Source: Desulfobacterales bacterium (GTDB lineage: Bacteria > Desulfobacterota > Desulfobacteria > Desulfobacterales > SpSt-501). Taken from it: a stretch of 64,000 bases of DNA. Below the pieces are notes generated by a model, which was not told where the DNA came from, ran no database searches, and worked only from the letters and a program-made list of their open reading frames with translations. This document shows positions 19,613 through 29,372 of the stretch, piece by piece. The stretch spans positions 119 to 64,118 of the forward strand of contig JBGSTS010000020.1 in assembly GCA_041736435.1 (NCBI GenBank), read 5' to 3'. A program made the translations under genes and the position numbers. Every line of letters begins with the position of its first letter. Positions within the stretch are counted from its first letter, which is position 1.

Positions 19613-22600
19613 ATGAATCGCCTGAAGCGTATTCTCCTAAGCAAAACAGTCATCATTGGTGTTTCTGCCATTGTCGTTTACACCCTGGCCGGTTTTTTTC
19701 TGGTGCCGTTCCTGGTGCGGCATTATACGCCCAAGATCGTGCAGGCAGAGCTCAAGCGGCAGGCGTCGATCGGCGAGGTGCGTTTCAACCCCTATGCTTT
19801 CACCTTCGAGGCGAACGATTTCCGCCTGGACGAACCGGGCGGGGAGCCGATCGCCGGTTTCAAGCGGCTGTTCATCGATTTCGAATTGAAAAGCCTGTTC
19901 AACTGGGCGTGGACCTTCCGCGAGGTCGTCATCGACACACTTCAAGTGAACGCGGTCATCGCCTCCGATGGCGTTCTCAATTTGGCGCAGCTGGCGCCGG
20001 CCACGGACGCCCCTCCGCCGCCGGAAACGGATGAGCCGCCGCCCAGGCTGATCATCGAGCAGGTCTCGATCGAACAGGGCCGGGTCGATTTCACCGACCG
20101 GCGCCTGTCCGAACCAGCCGCCGTCACCCTCGCCCCGCTTAACCTGAAGATCGACAACCTGACCACGCTCCCTGACCAGAAGGGGCCTAAAACCATCACC
20201 GCGACCAGCGGTGACGGGGAGACCCTGCGCTGGACCGGCTACGTCAGCCTGAACCCGGTGGCGACCCAGGGGACCCTGAAACTTGAGAAGATCCGTACGG
20301 CCACTCTCTGGAAGTTCATGCGGGACGAGGTCAACCTGGAGCCGCCGCTCGGAACCCTGAGTTTGACTGCCGACTACTCCGTGAACATGGGCGGCACCGA
20401 ACTGCAGGTGAACCTCTCCAACCTCGCCGCCGAGCTTAGGGGCGTTGTAGTGAGACTGGCCGGGGCTGAAGCGGCTTTTCTGGAGCTGCCCGACGTGAGA
20501 ATCAGCGAGGTGGGCTTTGATCTCGGCGACCGGCAGGCCGGCATCGGCAAGATAAAGGTTGCCGGTGGACGTGCGCGGCTTGCGGTGGACGAGACGGGCG
20601 CACTCGATCTGGCGCGCATCGTTAAGGCCTCCGGCGCATCGGTGCCCGCCGGCACTGCCTCAAAGCCCTGGAGGGTCAGTCTGGCAGCGCTCGACTTAGA
20701 CCGGTTTGCCCTGGGATACCGGGATGCGAGCCGGGACCCTGGGCTTAGCGCCGGCATCGATGGCGTCGCGTTGCAGCTTAAGGCCGAAGCGGAGGCCGGG
20801 GGGGATTCAACACGGGTAGCGGTGAATGATATCGTCTTAGAACTCTCCGGCCTGCGGGCGGGGCAGACCAACGCAGCGCAACCGGCGGTTCGGATCGAAA
20901 AGGTGGCCCTTGCGGGCGGCGCCTACGATTTGACCCCTAACACCCTATCGGTCGATACGCTCTCCATCGAAGGCGGCGCGATCGACCTGAAGCGGGAGAC
21001 CGACGGGAGCATCAACCTGGTTCTGCTGGCCGCTCCGCCCGAAAAAGGGGCTGTCGCCCGGGAGGCCACGGAGGCGGCCGCCGAAGGCCATCCGTTCCGG
21101 TTTCTGGTCAAAACCGTTGCCGTGTCGGGCCTGGAGACCGTGTTCTCCGATCTATCCGTAAAGCCCGGAGAACCGATCCTTACCCTCGAAGAGATGGCCG
21201 TGGTTCTGAACAACGTGGACGGCACGTCCCCCATGAAGTTCGAGGCCGACCTTAAAATCCGCGAGGGAGGGCAGATCAAAGCCGCCGGCACCGTCGACCC
21301 GTCCCTGCCGTCGGTGGAATCCGAGGTGCAGGTGGCGGACCTGGGCCTGAAGGTGTTTCAGCCCTATGTCGGCCAAGCGGCGGAGGTGATTCTCACCTCG
21401 GGTGCTTTCTCCACCCGCGGAAGCCTGCGCCACGGCGTGAAAGCAGCGGAGGCCGCAACGCTTTACCAGGGCGGTTTCAGGATCGACAATCTGCGGCTCA
21501 TCGAACCCGGCGCCAAAGAGACCCTGGTCGGCTGGAAAACGGTCCAGACCGATCAGTTGAAGCTCCAGCTCGATCCGAACGGGCTCGATATCGGTGATCT
21601 GCGGGTGGTGCAGCCCGTCGGCAAGTTTATCATCGAGAAAAACGGGTCGCTCAACCTGGCCAACGTCATCAAGCCCGGCCCCGAGCCGAAACAACCCGCC
21701 CCGGCGGCCGGCGCAGCGGATCCCTTTCCCTACCGCGTGCGCCGTGTGCTCGTCAGCGACGGGCGCGTCGACTTCGCGGACCTGAGCCTCATCACCCCCT
21801 TCGGCAGCAAAATCCATGAGCTCAAAGGCAACGTGGCCGGGATCTCCTCCGCTAAAAACGCCCGTGCCCAGGTCAAACTCGACGGCCGGGTGGACGAATA
21901 CGGGACGGCCCGGGTCGACGGGGAGTTGAATACCTCGGACCCAAAGGCCTTCACCGACGTCGGCCTGACCTTCCGCAACGTTGAGATGTCAAATCTTACC
22001 CCCTACTCGGGCAAGTTCGCCGGCCGCAAGATCGACTCCGGCAAACTGACGGTCGATCTCAAATACAAGATCGACAAGAGCCGGCTGGCGGGCGAAAACC
22101 AGATCGTGGTGGAGCGGTTGAAGCTGGGGGAAAAAGTGGAAAGCCCCGAAGCAGCGGACCTGCCGCTGGACCTCGCCATCGCCCTGATGGAGGATTCCAA
22201 CGGGGTGATCGATCTCGGGCTGCCGGTCAGCGGCAACCTGGACGCCCCCGAGTTCAGCTTCGGCGCGCTGATTTGGAAAGCCCTCGGCAATCTGCTCACC
22301 AAGATCGTGACGAGCCCCTTCCGGGCCCTGGGGGCGCTGCTGCCGGGCGGGAGCGAAGAGGACTTTAAAAGCGTGGTTTTCGAGCCCGGCCGTTCCGATG
22401 TTCCGCCGCCGGAGAAGGAAAAACTGAACAAGCTGGCGGGCGCGCTTCAGAAGCGGCCCCAGCTGAAGCTCACCGTTCAGGGCCGCTACAATCCGGAAAC
22501 CGACCTGGCGGAGCTGCGCAGCTCCAGCCTGCGGCGTGCCCTGGCCGCGCGCCAAGGGATAAAACTCGAGCCAGGCGAGGACCCCGGACCCGCTGACTAC

Positions 22601-22993
22601 AGCAGCCCGGAGATCGGCAAGGCCTTGGAGGCCATGTTCACCGAGCGCTTCGGCGCCGACGCGCTCAAGGCTATTCAGGCGGAAATGAAGGCGGCGGATG
22701 ACAACGCCAAGAAGATAGCAGCCGCCAAGGCCGCAGAAGCTGCCCCGGAGGGCGAAGCCCGAGACCCCGGCCGGCTGGCCAAAACTCTTTTCACCCGGCT
22801 GGCGGATGCCGAGCCGATCGGGGAACCCGAAATGGCCGGGCTGGCCGCTGCCCGCTCCCAGGCGATTGCCACCGAACTGAGCGGGCCGGGCGGGGTTCCG
22901 GCTGAACGCGTGGTGCTGAACCCTCCGGCCGCCATGGAGAAGGAGAAAGAGGTCCCGCCCACAGCGGTGTTGAACCTCGAGGCCGCCCGATAG
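19613..22993 (+). CDS. DUF748 / AsmA-like large envelope protein
   Basis: 1126 aa. It has an N-terminal TM anchor, then the IGEVRFNPYAFTFEANDFRLDEP pattern typical of DUF748 repeats. Composition suggests a long beta-rich protein. Confidence 0.75.
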   Translation: MNRLKRILLSKTVIIGVSAIVVYTLAGFFLVPFLVRHYTPKIVQAELKRQASIGEVRFNPYAFTFEANDFRLDEPGGEPIAGFKRLFIDFELKSLFNWAWTFREVVIDTLQVNAVIASDGVLNLAQLAPATDAPPPPETDEPPPRLIIEQVSIEQGRVDFTDRRLSEPAAVTLAPLNLKIDNLTTLPDQKGPKTITATSGDGETLRWTGYVSLNPVATQGTLKLEKIRTATLWKFMRDEVNLEPPLGTLSLTADYSVNMGGTELQVNLSNLAAELRGVVVRLAGAEAAFLELPDVRISEVGFDLGDRQAGIGKIKVAGGRARLAVDETGALDLARIVKASGASVPAGTASKPWRVSLAALDLDRFALGYRDASRDPGLSAGIDGVALQLKAEAEAGGDSTRVAVNDIVLELSGLRAGQTNAAQPAVRIEKVALAGGAYDLTPNTLSVDTLSIEGGAIDLKRETDGSINLVLLAAPPEKGAVAREATEAAAEGHPFRFLVKTVAVSGLETVFSDLSVKPGEPILTLEEMAVVLNNVDGTSPMKFEADLKIREGGQIKAAGTVDPSLPSVESEVQVADLGLKVFQPYVGQAAEVILTSGAFSTRGSLRHGVKAAEAATLYQGGFRIDNLRLIEPGAKETLVGWKTVQTDQLKLQLDPNGLDIGDLRVVQPVGKFIIEKNGSLNLANVIKPGPEPKQPAPAAGAADPFPYRVRRVLVSDGRVDFADLSLITPFGSKIHELKGNVAGISSAKNARAQVKLDGRVDEYGTARVDGELNTSDPKAFTDVGLTFRNVEMSNLTPYSGKFAGRKIDSGKLTVDLKYKIDKSRLAGENQIVVERLKLGEKVESPEAADLPLDLAIALMEDSNGVIDLGLPVSGNLDAPEFSFGALIWKALGNLLTKIVTSPFRALGALLPGGSEEDFKSVVFEPGRSDVPPPEKEKLNKLAGALQKRPQLKLTVQGRYNPETDLAELRSSSLRRALAARQGIKLEPGEDPGPADYSSPEIGKALEAMFTERFGADALKAIQAEMKAADDNAKKIAAAKAAEAAPEGEARDPGRLAKTLFTRLADAEPIGEPEMAGLAAARSQAIATELSGPGGVPAERVVLNPPAAMEKEKEVPPTAVLNLEAAR

Positions 22994-23022
22994 AGCGGGT
23001 CATGGTGCGCGGTGCCGCCCTA

Positions 23023-23049
23023 CCCACCAAAAGCTTCAGTTTTGGTGGG
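23023..23049. terminator. Bidirectional hairpin between the convergent DUF748 and MFS genes
   Basis: CCCACCAAAA-gcttcag-TTTTGGTGGG, a perfect 10-bp stem with A/T runs on both sides. Confidence 0.65.
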
Positions 23050-23117
23050 AGCGGCTTCCAGCCGCGATGATTTCACGGTCTTGCCACGGCGGCACTACTG
23101 CAGAAAGAAAACCCAAA

Positions 23118-24515
23118 TCAGCCGCTTTTCCCTATCCAGGCTGAGCCGCGCAGTTTCCGGCGGGCGAAGAGTGTCAGGGCAGCCACAAGGACCGCAAAAT
23201 ACCAGGGGAACCACCCCATTGAGGCGACAAACACCAGGTTTTCTATCTGTTCCGCATCAACGGCGGGTTCCATCCCGGTGGTTGTTGCCCGCAAACCGCT
23301 CACCAGCACGGAATAGAGAATCCCGATCAGACCGTAAGCCAGGTTGAGCGACAGCCCCCTGAAGCTCAGCACGGTGGCCCGCTGGGCCGAGGGCGTCAAC
23401 TGGTTGAGGTAGTGGCTCTGGAAAAACTGAAGCAGGACCATGGCGGCGGAGAGCATCGCCACCGGGATGATGCCCCATATCGGCACGAACAGAGTCATGC
23501 CGAACAGGCCGGCACCGGTCAACAGCGCCAGTAGGGCCAGGTTGAAGCGCGGCGAGCGGGTTTCGACCAGCCGCCGCGCGAGGCGCGGGACGAACAATCC
23601 GATCACCGCCATGGCGGAGCCGAGCAGCCCGAAGGTGGCCTCGGGCAGCTGGATCAGCCGGTAGTACTGGCTGACCAGGGTCACCGCCATGCGGACGCAG
23701 CTGTCGAAAACAAGCCCCGCCAATAAGGTGACCAGGACGACCGGGCTTTTTAGGATCCAGCTCCCGGCTTTAGCGGTGAGCGTGAAGGCCTGCGCCATCG
23801 ATTTGCCGCAAGGCGCGATTTTTCCTTCGGTGCATGCCGGCTCGTCCAACGCCACCTCGCGCATGCGCAAGGCGGTCACCAGGGTCATCACGGCCATGGC
23901 CAGAGTGAGATAGACCGGAAAGCGCAGCGTTATGGAGGTGCTGACCGTCATGGGCAATCCCGCCCATGCGAGCACCGTGCTAACCAGCTTCGGGTCGTAG
24001 ACCGCCGCCCCCAGGCTCATGGCCACGATGTACCCGGCCGACTGAACCCGCATCTGCCGCTCCAGCACCAGAGACCAGCCGCTGGCGTTCCCCGCTTTCG
24101 CCAGGGAGTCATAGGCCAGCGCCTCGTCGGCCCCGCTGGCGGTCGCCTCCGCCGCCCCGCTCAGAATGCGGTTCACCAGGAACACCGCAAACAACAGGTC
24201 CGGGTTTCCCCGAGGCACGAAGCACAGGAGCGCCATCTCCACCACCATCAGCGCACCGGCCAGCACCAGGAGGTTTCTGCGGCCCAGCGTGTCGGCCAAG
24301 GCGCCCGACGGGACCTCCAGCAACACGATGGTTGCGGCCCAGGCGGCGTTGAGCAGGGCAAACTGCTCGATGCTCAAGCCGAAGTCTAAAAAGAGCACGG
24401 TGAAAACCGGGTAATAAAACCGGGCATTGAAAAAGAGCCGGAACCAGATGAAAAGCCGCACGTTGCCGACGGCAAAGGGGGAGTTTTTAGGGTCGGTGCC
24501 CACGCCAAATATCAC
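23118..24515 (-). CDS. MFS transporter
   Basis: 465 aa with about 12 hydrophobic helices and a GALADTLGRR loop between TM2 and TM3 (MFS signature). Confidence 0.85.
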   Translation of the reverse strand: MIFGVGTDPKNSPFAVGNVRLFIWFRLFFNARFYYPVFTVLFLDFGLSIEQFALLNAAWAATIVLLEVPSGALADTLGRRNLLVLAGALMVVEMALLCFVPRGNPDLLFAVFLVNRILSGAAEATASGADEALAYDSLAKAGNASGWSLVLERQMRVQSAGYIVAMSLGAAVYDPKLVSTVLAWAGLPMTVSTSITLRFPVYLTLAMAVMTLVTALRMREVALDEPACTEGKIAPCGKSMAQAFTLTAKAGSWILKSPVVLVTLLAGLVFDSCVRMAVTLVSQYYRLIQLPEATFGLLGSAMAVIGLFVPRLARRLVETRSPRFNLALLALLTGAGLFGMTLFVPIWGIIPVAMLSAAMVLLQFFQSHYLNQLTPSAQRATVLSFRGLSLNLAYGLIGILYSVLVSGLRATTTGMEPAVDAEQIENLVFVASMGWFPWYFAVLVAALTLFARRKLRGSAWIGKSG

Positions 24516-24617
24516 CTGTGACTGGTATTTTTCACTGATTGCTGGTAGATTATAGCACTATTAGCAGAGTTTGGCTCTTCTGACACCTCAATATGTTGAC
24601 TTAGGACAGGCTGCGCT

Positions 24618-26522
24618 ATGCGAAACGGCCCAACTAATTACAACGCCGCCGACCTCGAGGTCCTGCGGGGCCTCGAGCCCGTCAAGCGGCGTCCCGGAAT
24701 GTACACCGATACCACCCGGCCCAACCACCTGGCCCAGGAGGTGATCGACAATGCCGTGGACGAGGCCATTGCAGGGTTTGCCGACCGCATCGAGGTTGCC
24801 CTGTTCAAGGACGGCTCGCTGCAGGTGATCGACAACGGCCGCGGAATGCCCGTGGACACGCACCCGGAGGAGAAGGTGTCCGGGGTCGAGGTCATCATGA
24901 CGCGGCTGCACGCCGGCGCCAAATTCGATCAGAAGAACTACCGCTTCTCCGGCGGGCTGCACGGGGTCGGGGTCTCCGTGGTCAATGCGCTTTCCGCCCG
25001 GCTCGATGTGGAGATTCGAAGAAACGGCCTCGTCTACCGGATGGGGTTCACGGCTGGGAAAAAGGCTGTCGAGCTCAAGACCGTCGGCAAGATCAAGAGG
25101 TCTGATACGGGGACGACGGTTCGCTTTTGGCCGGCCGGCCACTATTTCGAGACCACCAAATTTTCTCTCAGCCGCTTGCGCCACACGCTGCGCGCCAAGG
25201 CGGTTCTGTGCCCGCGGCTCACCGTCACATTTTTTGACGAAGCGAGCGGGCAGAGCGACGACTGGTACTTCGAGGACGGCCTGAGGGACTATCTGGCCGA
25301 GAGCGTCAGGGAGTACGCGCGGGTGCCGGAGGAGCCGTTTGTCGGCCACATGGAGGGCCGGGAGGAATCCGTCAGCTGGGCGGCCGTCTGGCTCCCCGAG
25401 GGAGGGGACGGCATCGCCGAAAGCTATGCGAATCTCATTCCCACACCCCAAGGCGGGACCCACGTAGTGGGTTTCCGGTCCGGGCTTCTGGCGGCGCTGC
25501 GCGATTTCGGCGAGTTCCGGGGCTTCATCCCGCGAGGGCTCAAGCTGACACCCGAGGATGTCTGGGAACGCTGCAGCTACATCCTCTCGGTCAAACTCTC
25601 CGACCTGCAGTTCTCCGGACAGACCAAGGAGCGGCTTTCCGCCCGGGAGTGCACGGGCTTTATCGCGAGCGTGGTCCAGGACGCCTTTTCCCACTGGCTC
25701 ACCCAGAACCCGGAGGCGGCGCAGCGGCTCTGCGAAATGGCCATCGAGAACGCCCGCCGGCGCCTGAAAGAAGCTGCGAAAATCGTGCGCCGCAAGACGG
25801 GCGTCGGCCCGACCCTGCCCGGGAAGCTCACGGACTGCATTTCGCAGAACCCGGATGAGAGCGAGCTTTTCCTGGTGGAAGGCGATTCGGCCGGGGGCTC
25901 CGCCAAGCAGGCCCGGGACAAGAACACCCAGGCCGTGCTGCCGCTGCGGGGCAAAATCCTGAATTCCTGGGAAGAGGACGCCGGCTCGATTCTGCAGTCC
26001 CGCGAAATCCACGACATCGCAGTCGCCATCGGCGTGGACCCCGGTTCGAGCGACCTCTCGGGGCTGCGCTACGGCAAGAACATCATCCTGGCCGACGCCG
26101 ATTCGGACGGACTGCACATCGCAACCCTGCTATGCGGCCTGTTTCTCAAGCATTTCCGGCCGCTGGTGGAGGCCGGGAAGATCTACGTGGCCATGCCCCC
26201 GCTCTACCGGATCGACCAGGGTCCCAAGGTTTTCTACGCTCTGGACGAGCCGGAAAAGAACGCGATCCTGAAACGGCTGAGCGAGGGCGGACACAAGGCC
26301 AAGATCAACGTCCAACGCTTCAAAGGGCTCGGCGAAATGAACCCCCCGCAGCTGCGGGAGACCACCATGCATCCCGAGACCCGGCGCCTGGTCCGCCTGA
26401 CCCTGCCCCGGCAGGATGATAGCAGCGAGGTGTTGGACATGCTGCTGTCGAAGAAACGCGTGAAGGACCGCAAGCGCTGGCTGGAGGAGGAGGGGGATCG
26501 GGCCGAGGCCGCTCTGCTTTGA
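24618..26522 (+). CDS. parE: DNA topoisomerase IV subunit B
   Basis: GLEPVKRRPGMYT, EVIDNAVDE, GGLHGVG, LVEGDSAGGSAKQARD (Toprim) and PLRGKILN. At 634 aa it lacks the GyrB-specific insertion, which favours ParE. Confidence 0.88.
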   Translation: MRNGPTNYNAADLEVLRGLEPVKRRPGMYTDTTRPNHLAQEVIDNAVDEAIAGFADRIEVALFKDGSLQVIDNGRGMPVDTHPEEKVSGVEVIMTRLHAGAKFDQKNYRFSGGLHGVGVSVVNALSARLDVEIRRNGLVYRMGFTAGKKAVELKTVGKIKRSDTGTTVRFWPAGHYFETTKFSLSRLRHTLRAKAVLCPRLTVTFFDEASGQSDDWYFEDGLRDYLAESVREYARVPEEPFVGHMEGREESVSWAAVWLPEGGDGIAESYANLIPTPQGGTHVVGFRSGLLAALRDFGEFRGFIPRGLKLTPEDVWERCSYILSVKLSDLQFSGQTKERLSARECTGFIASVVQDAFSHWLTQNPEAAQRLCEMAIENARRRLKEAAKIVRRKTGVGPTLPGKLTDCISQNPDESELFLVEGDSAGGSAKQARDKNTQAVLPLRGKILNSWEEDAGSILQSREIHDIAVAIGVDPGSSDLSGLRYGKNIILADADSDGLHIATLLCGLFLKHFRPLVEAGKIYVAMPPLYRIDQGPKVFYALDEPEKNAILKRLSEGGHKAKINVQRFKGLGEMNPPQLRETTMHPETRRLVRLTLPRQDDSSEVLDMLLSKKRVKDRKRWLEEEGDRAEAALL

Positions 26523-26576
26523 ATCAGCTTTACTTCCAACTTCAGCCGGCGACAGAATTGATTGGAGTGAGTTGCA

Positions 26577-28886
26577 ATGGTTCGTTCGAAAGCCCTGCAT
26601 GTTGAAAGCGTCGAGCAGCTGCCGCTTTCCGAATTCGTCCGCCCCGCGTATCTGAACTACGCCATGTACGTCATCATGGACCGGGCCCTGCCCTTCATCG
26701 GCGACGGGCTCAAGCCCGTCCAGCGCCGCATCGTCTTCGCCATGAGCGAGCTGGGCCTGCGGGCGAGCGCCAAGCACAAGAAATCCGCGCGCACCGTCGG
26801 CGACGTGCTCGGCAAGTATCATCCGCACGGCGACAGCGCCTGCTACGAGGCCATGGTGCTCATGGCCCAGCCTTTTTCCTACCGCTATCCGCTGGTCGAC
26901 GGCCAGGGCAACTGGGGGTCCACCGACAACCCCAAGGACTTCGCCGCCATGCGCTACACCGAAGCGCGGCTGTCGGCCTATGCCGACATGCTGCTGGCCG
27001 AGGTCGAGATGGGCACGACCGACTGGGTGCCGAACTTCGACGGCACCCTGCGCGAGCCCGTGGCGCTGCCGGCTCGGCTGCCCAACATCCTGATCAACGG
27101 GACCACCGGGATTGCGGTCGGCATGACCACCGACATCCTGCCCCACAACCTCCGCGAGGTGGCGGCTGCCTGCATCCACCTGATCGACCACCCCAAGGCG
27201 GGCGTCGAGGAGATATGCGCCCACATCAGCGGCCCCGATTTCCCGACGGGGGCTGAAATCATCACCCCGTTTGCGGAAATCCTGGAGGCCTACCGCACCG
27301 GGCAGGGCAATCTTCGCATGCGGGCCATCTACGATTACGACAACGGGGACATCATCATCACCGCCCTTCCCTACCAGGTTTCCCCGGCCCGGATCATCGA
27401 GCAGATCGCGGCCATGATGCAGGCCAAGAAGCTGCCCATGGTGGCCGACATCCGCGATGAGTCCGACCACGAGGACCCCATTCGGCTGCGCATCATCCCG
27501 CGCTCCAACCGGGTGGAAAAGGACGTGTTGATGAGCCACCTGCTGGCCACGACCGAGCTGGAGAAAAGCTGCCGGCTTAACCTGAACGTCATCGGGTTGA
27601 ACCGCCGGCCGCAGACGTTAGGCCTGGTCGACCTGCTCAACCAGTGGCTCGAGTTCCGCAAACAGACGGTGGTGAAGCGGCTCAGCTACCGGCTCGAGAA
27701 GATCAACGAACGGCTGCATGTTTTAGAGGGGCTGCTCATCGTCTTTCTGCACCTGGACGAGGTGATCCGCATCATCCGCGGAAGCGACGACCCGCAGCAG
27801 GAGCTCATGCGGCGCTTCAAGCTGAGTGACATCCAGGCCGAGGCGATTTTGCAGATCCGCCTGCGACAGCTGGCCCGGCTGGAAGAGATCAAGCTCAAAA
27901 CCGAAAAGAAGGAGCTTGAGGCCGAAAAACGCGGGATCGAGGGGGTGCTCTCCTCGGAGCGCAAGCTCAAAACCCTGATCAAGAGCGAGCTGGCCTCCGA
28001 TGCGGAAAAATTCGGCGATGCGCGCCGCACCCGGATCGTCGAGCGCTCGGAGGCGCAGGCCATTAAAGAGAAAGACTTGGCGCCCGCGGACCCGGTGACC
28101 GTGATTCTCTCCGCCAACGGATGGGTGCGGGCTGCCAAGGGCCACGACATCGACCCCGAAAGTCTGGCCTATAAACCCGGGGACGCGTTCCTGAGCGCCG
28201 CGCGGGGAAAATCGAACCAGCTTGCGGTGTTCATGGACACGACCGGCCGGACCTACTCGCTGGAGGCCCACAGCCTGCCCTCCGCCCGCAGCCTGGGGGA
28301 GCCGATCACCGCGCGCTATGTCCTGCCGCCCGGGGCGCGGTTCGTTTCGGTGGCCATCGGGGCCGAAAACCAAATGCATCTTTTGGCGAGCGACTTCGGC
28401 TACGGTTTTATGACTGAAATGGGGAACCTGCAGAGCAAAAACCAGAAGGGCAAAGCCATGCTGAAGGTCCCGGTCGGCGCCAGTGCCCTGCCGGCGCTGT
28501 CCGTCGCGGACCTCCAACGCCAGTATCTGGCCGCCTTCTCCAGCGCCGGTTACCTGCTGGTGATCGCGCTCAAGGATCTGCCGGTCCTTCCCAAGGGCAA
28601 GGGCAACAAGATCATCCAAATTCCGCGCAAAAAGCTTGTCGGGCGCGAGGAGCTGCTGAAACAGCTGGTCGTGTTCGACCCGCAGGATGCGCTCGTGATC
28701 CAATCGGGCAAGCGCAGCTATAAACTGACCCCGGACATCGTTAAGAGCTATTTAGGAGAAAGAGGCCGGCGGGGCAAAAAACTGCCACGCGGGTTCCGGT
28801 CGGTGGACCGGGTCGCACGTGAAGCGTCCGGCCCCGAAGAGGGTCCGGCGAAAACGCCCGGACAGGCCACATTCGAGAATTTTTAA
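26577..28886 (+). CDS. parC: DNA topoisomerase IV subunit A
   Basis: ...[10 protein letters not shown]...[18 protein letters not shown]...[10 protein letters not shown] (catalytic Tyr). 769 aa. It lies immediately after parE. Confidence 0.88.
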   Translation: MVRSKALHVESVEQLPLSEFVRPAYLNYAMYVIMDRALPFIGDGLKPVQRRIVFAMSELGLRASAKHKKSARTVGDVLGKYHPHGDSACYEAMVLMAQPFSYRYPLVDGQGNWGSTDNPKDFAAMRYTEARLSAYADMLLAEVEMGTTDWVPNFDGTLREPVALPARLPNILINGTTGIAVGMTTDILPHNLREVAAACIHLIDHPKAGVEEICAHISGPDFPTGAEIITPFAEILEAYRTGQGNLRMRAIYDYDNGDIIITALPYQVSPARIIEQIAAMMQAKKLPMVADIRDESDHEDPIRLRIIPRSNRVEKDVLMSHLLATTELEKSCRLNLNVIGLNRRPQTLGLVDLLNQWLEFRKQTVVKRLSYRLEKINERLHVLEGLLIVFLHLDEVIRIIRGSDDPQQELMRRFKLSDIQAEAILQIRLRQLARLEEIKLKTEKKELEAEKRGIEGVLSSERKLKTLIKSELASDAEKFGDARRTRIVERSEAQAIKEKDLAPADPVTVILSANGWVRAAKGHDIDPESLAYKPGDAFLSAARGKSNQLAVFMDTTGRTYSLEAHSLPSARSLGEPITARYVLPPGARFVSVAIGAENQMHLLASDFGYGFMTEMGNLQSKNQKGKAMLKVPVGASALPALSVADLQRQYLAAFSSAGYLLVIALKDLPVLPKGKGNKIIQIPRKKLVGREELLKQLVVFDPQDALVIQSGKRSYKLTPDIVKSYLGERGRRGKKLPRGFRSVDRVAREASGPEEGPAKTPGQATFENF

Positions 28887-28922
28887 ACCGGACAAGGCGG
28901 CTCGGTGTTGGAGCTTAATCCG

Positions 28923-28949
28923 AATTCCCGGCGGCGCCAGGGAATTTTT
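28923..28949 (+). terminator. Rho-independent terminator after parC
   Basis: AATTCCC-ggcggcgcca-GGGAATT followed by TTT. Confidence 0.6.
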
Positions 28950-28955
28950 CCGAGT

Positions 28956-29366
28956 CTATTGGCGCGCGATACTTTTTTTCATGTAATCATCCACGGCCGA
29001 ATGCAGGGTTTCGGCCGCGAGTTCGGCACAGTGCAGGGTCTCTTTAGGCAGTTCGCCGATAACCTTCTGAATCGCATCGGCGTCGATCTCCAGCAGCGCT
29101 TGAGGCGTTTTGCCCTTGGCAAGATCGGCCGCCGCCATGGCGCAGTTTAAACTGGTCGTGCAGCCGTTTGTCCAGTGGGTGGATTTGACGACCTGGTCAT
29201 CTTCAAATTGAAGGCAGATCTCCATCGTGTCCCCGCACCGGCCGGTGATGCGCGCCTTGCCGTCCGGGGCCTCCAGGATCGGGTTCAAGCGGTAGTGGGC
29301 CCAGAACCATATCCCGACGATGGCCATCAAGACGCCGATACCGCCTATCAGTGCCAACACATCCAT
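28956..29366 (-). CDS. NifU-N/IscU-like Fe-S scaffold domain protein with an N-terminal transmembrane helix
   Basis: The TM helix is MDVLALIGGIGVLMAIVGIWFWAH. The IscU-like cysteines are GRCGD...NGCTTS...LHCAEL. It starts 7 nt after the rnfB stop. Confidence 0.7.
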   Translation of the reverse strand: MDVLALIGGIGVLMAIVGIWFWAHYRLNPILEAPDGKARITGRCGDTMEICLQFEDDQVVKSTHWTNGCTTSLNCAMAAADLAKGKTPQALLEIDADAIQKVIGELPKETLHCAELAAETLHSAVDDYMKKSIARQ

Positions 29367-29372
29367 TTCCTT

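Noticed and set aside
24588-27539. Very long antisense ORFs opposite parE/parC (24588..26117 and 26130..27539). Similar shadow ORFs occur elsewhere, for example 29..1351, 39543..40694, 44742..45845 and 16984..18216.
   Set aside because: Their translations are Arg/Gly/Pro/Ala-rich low-complexity sequences with no recognisable motifs. They lie exactly opposite genes with unmistakable family signatures. This is typical of stop-codon-poor antisense frames in high-GC DNA.
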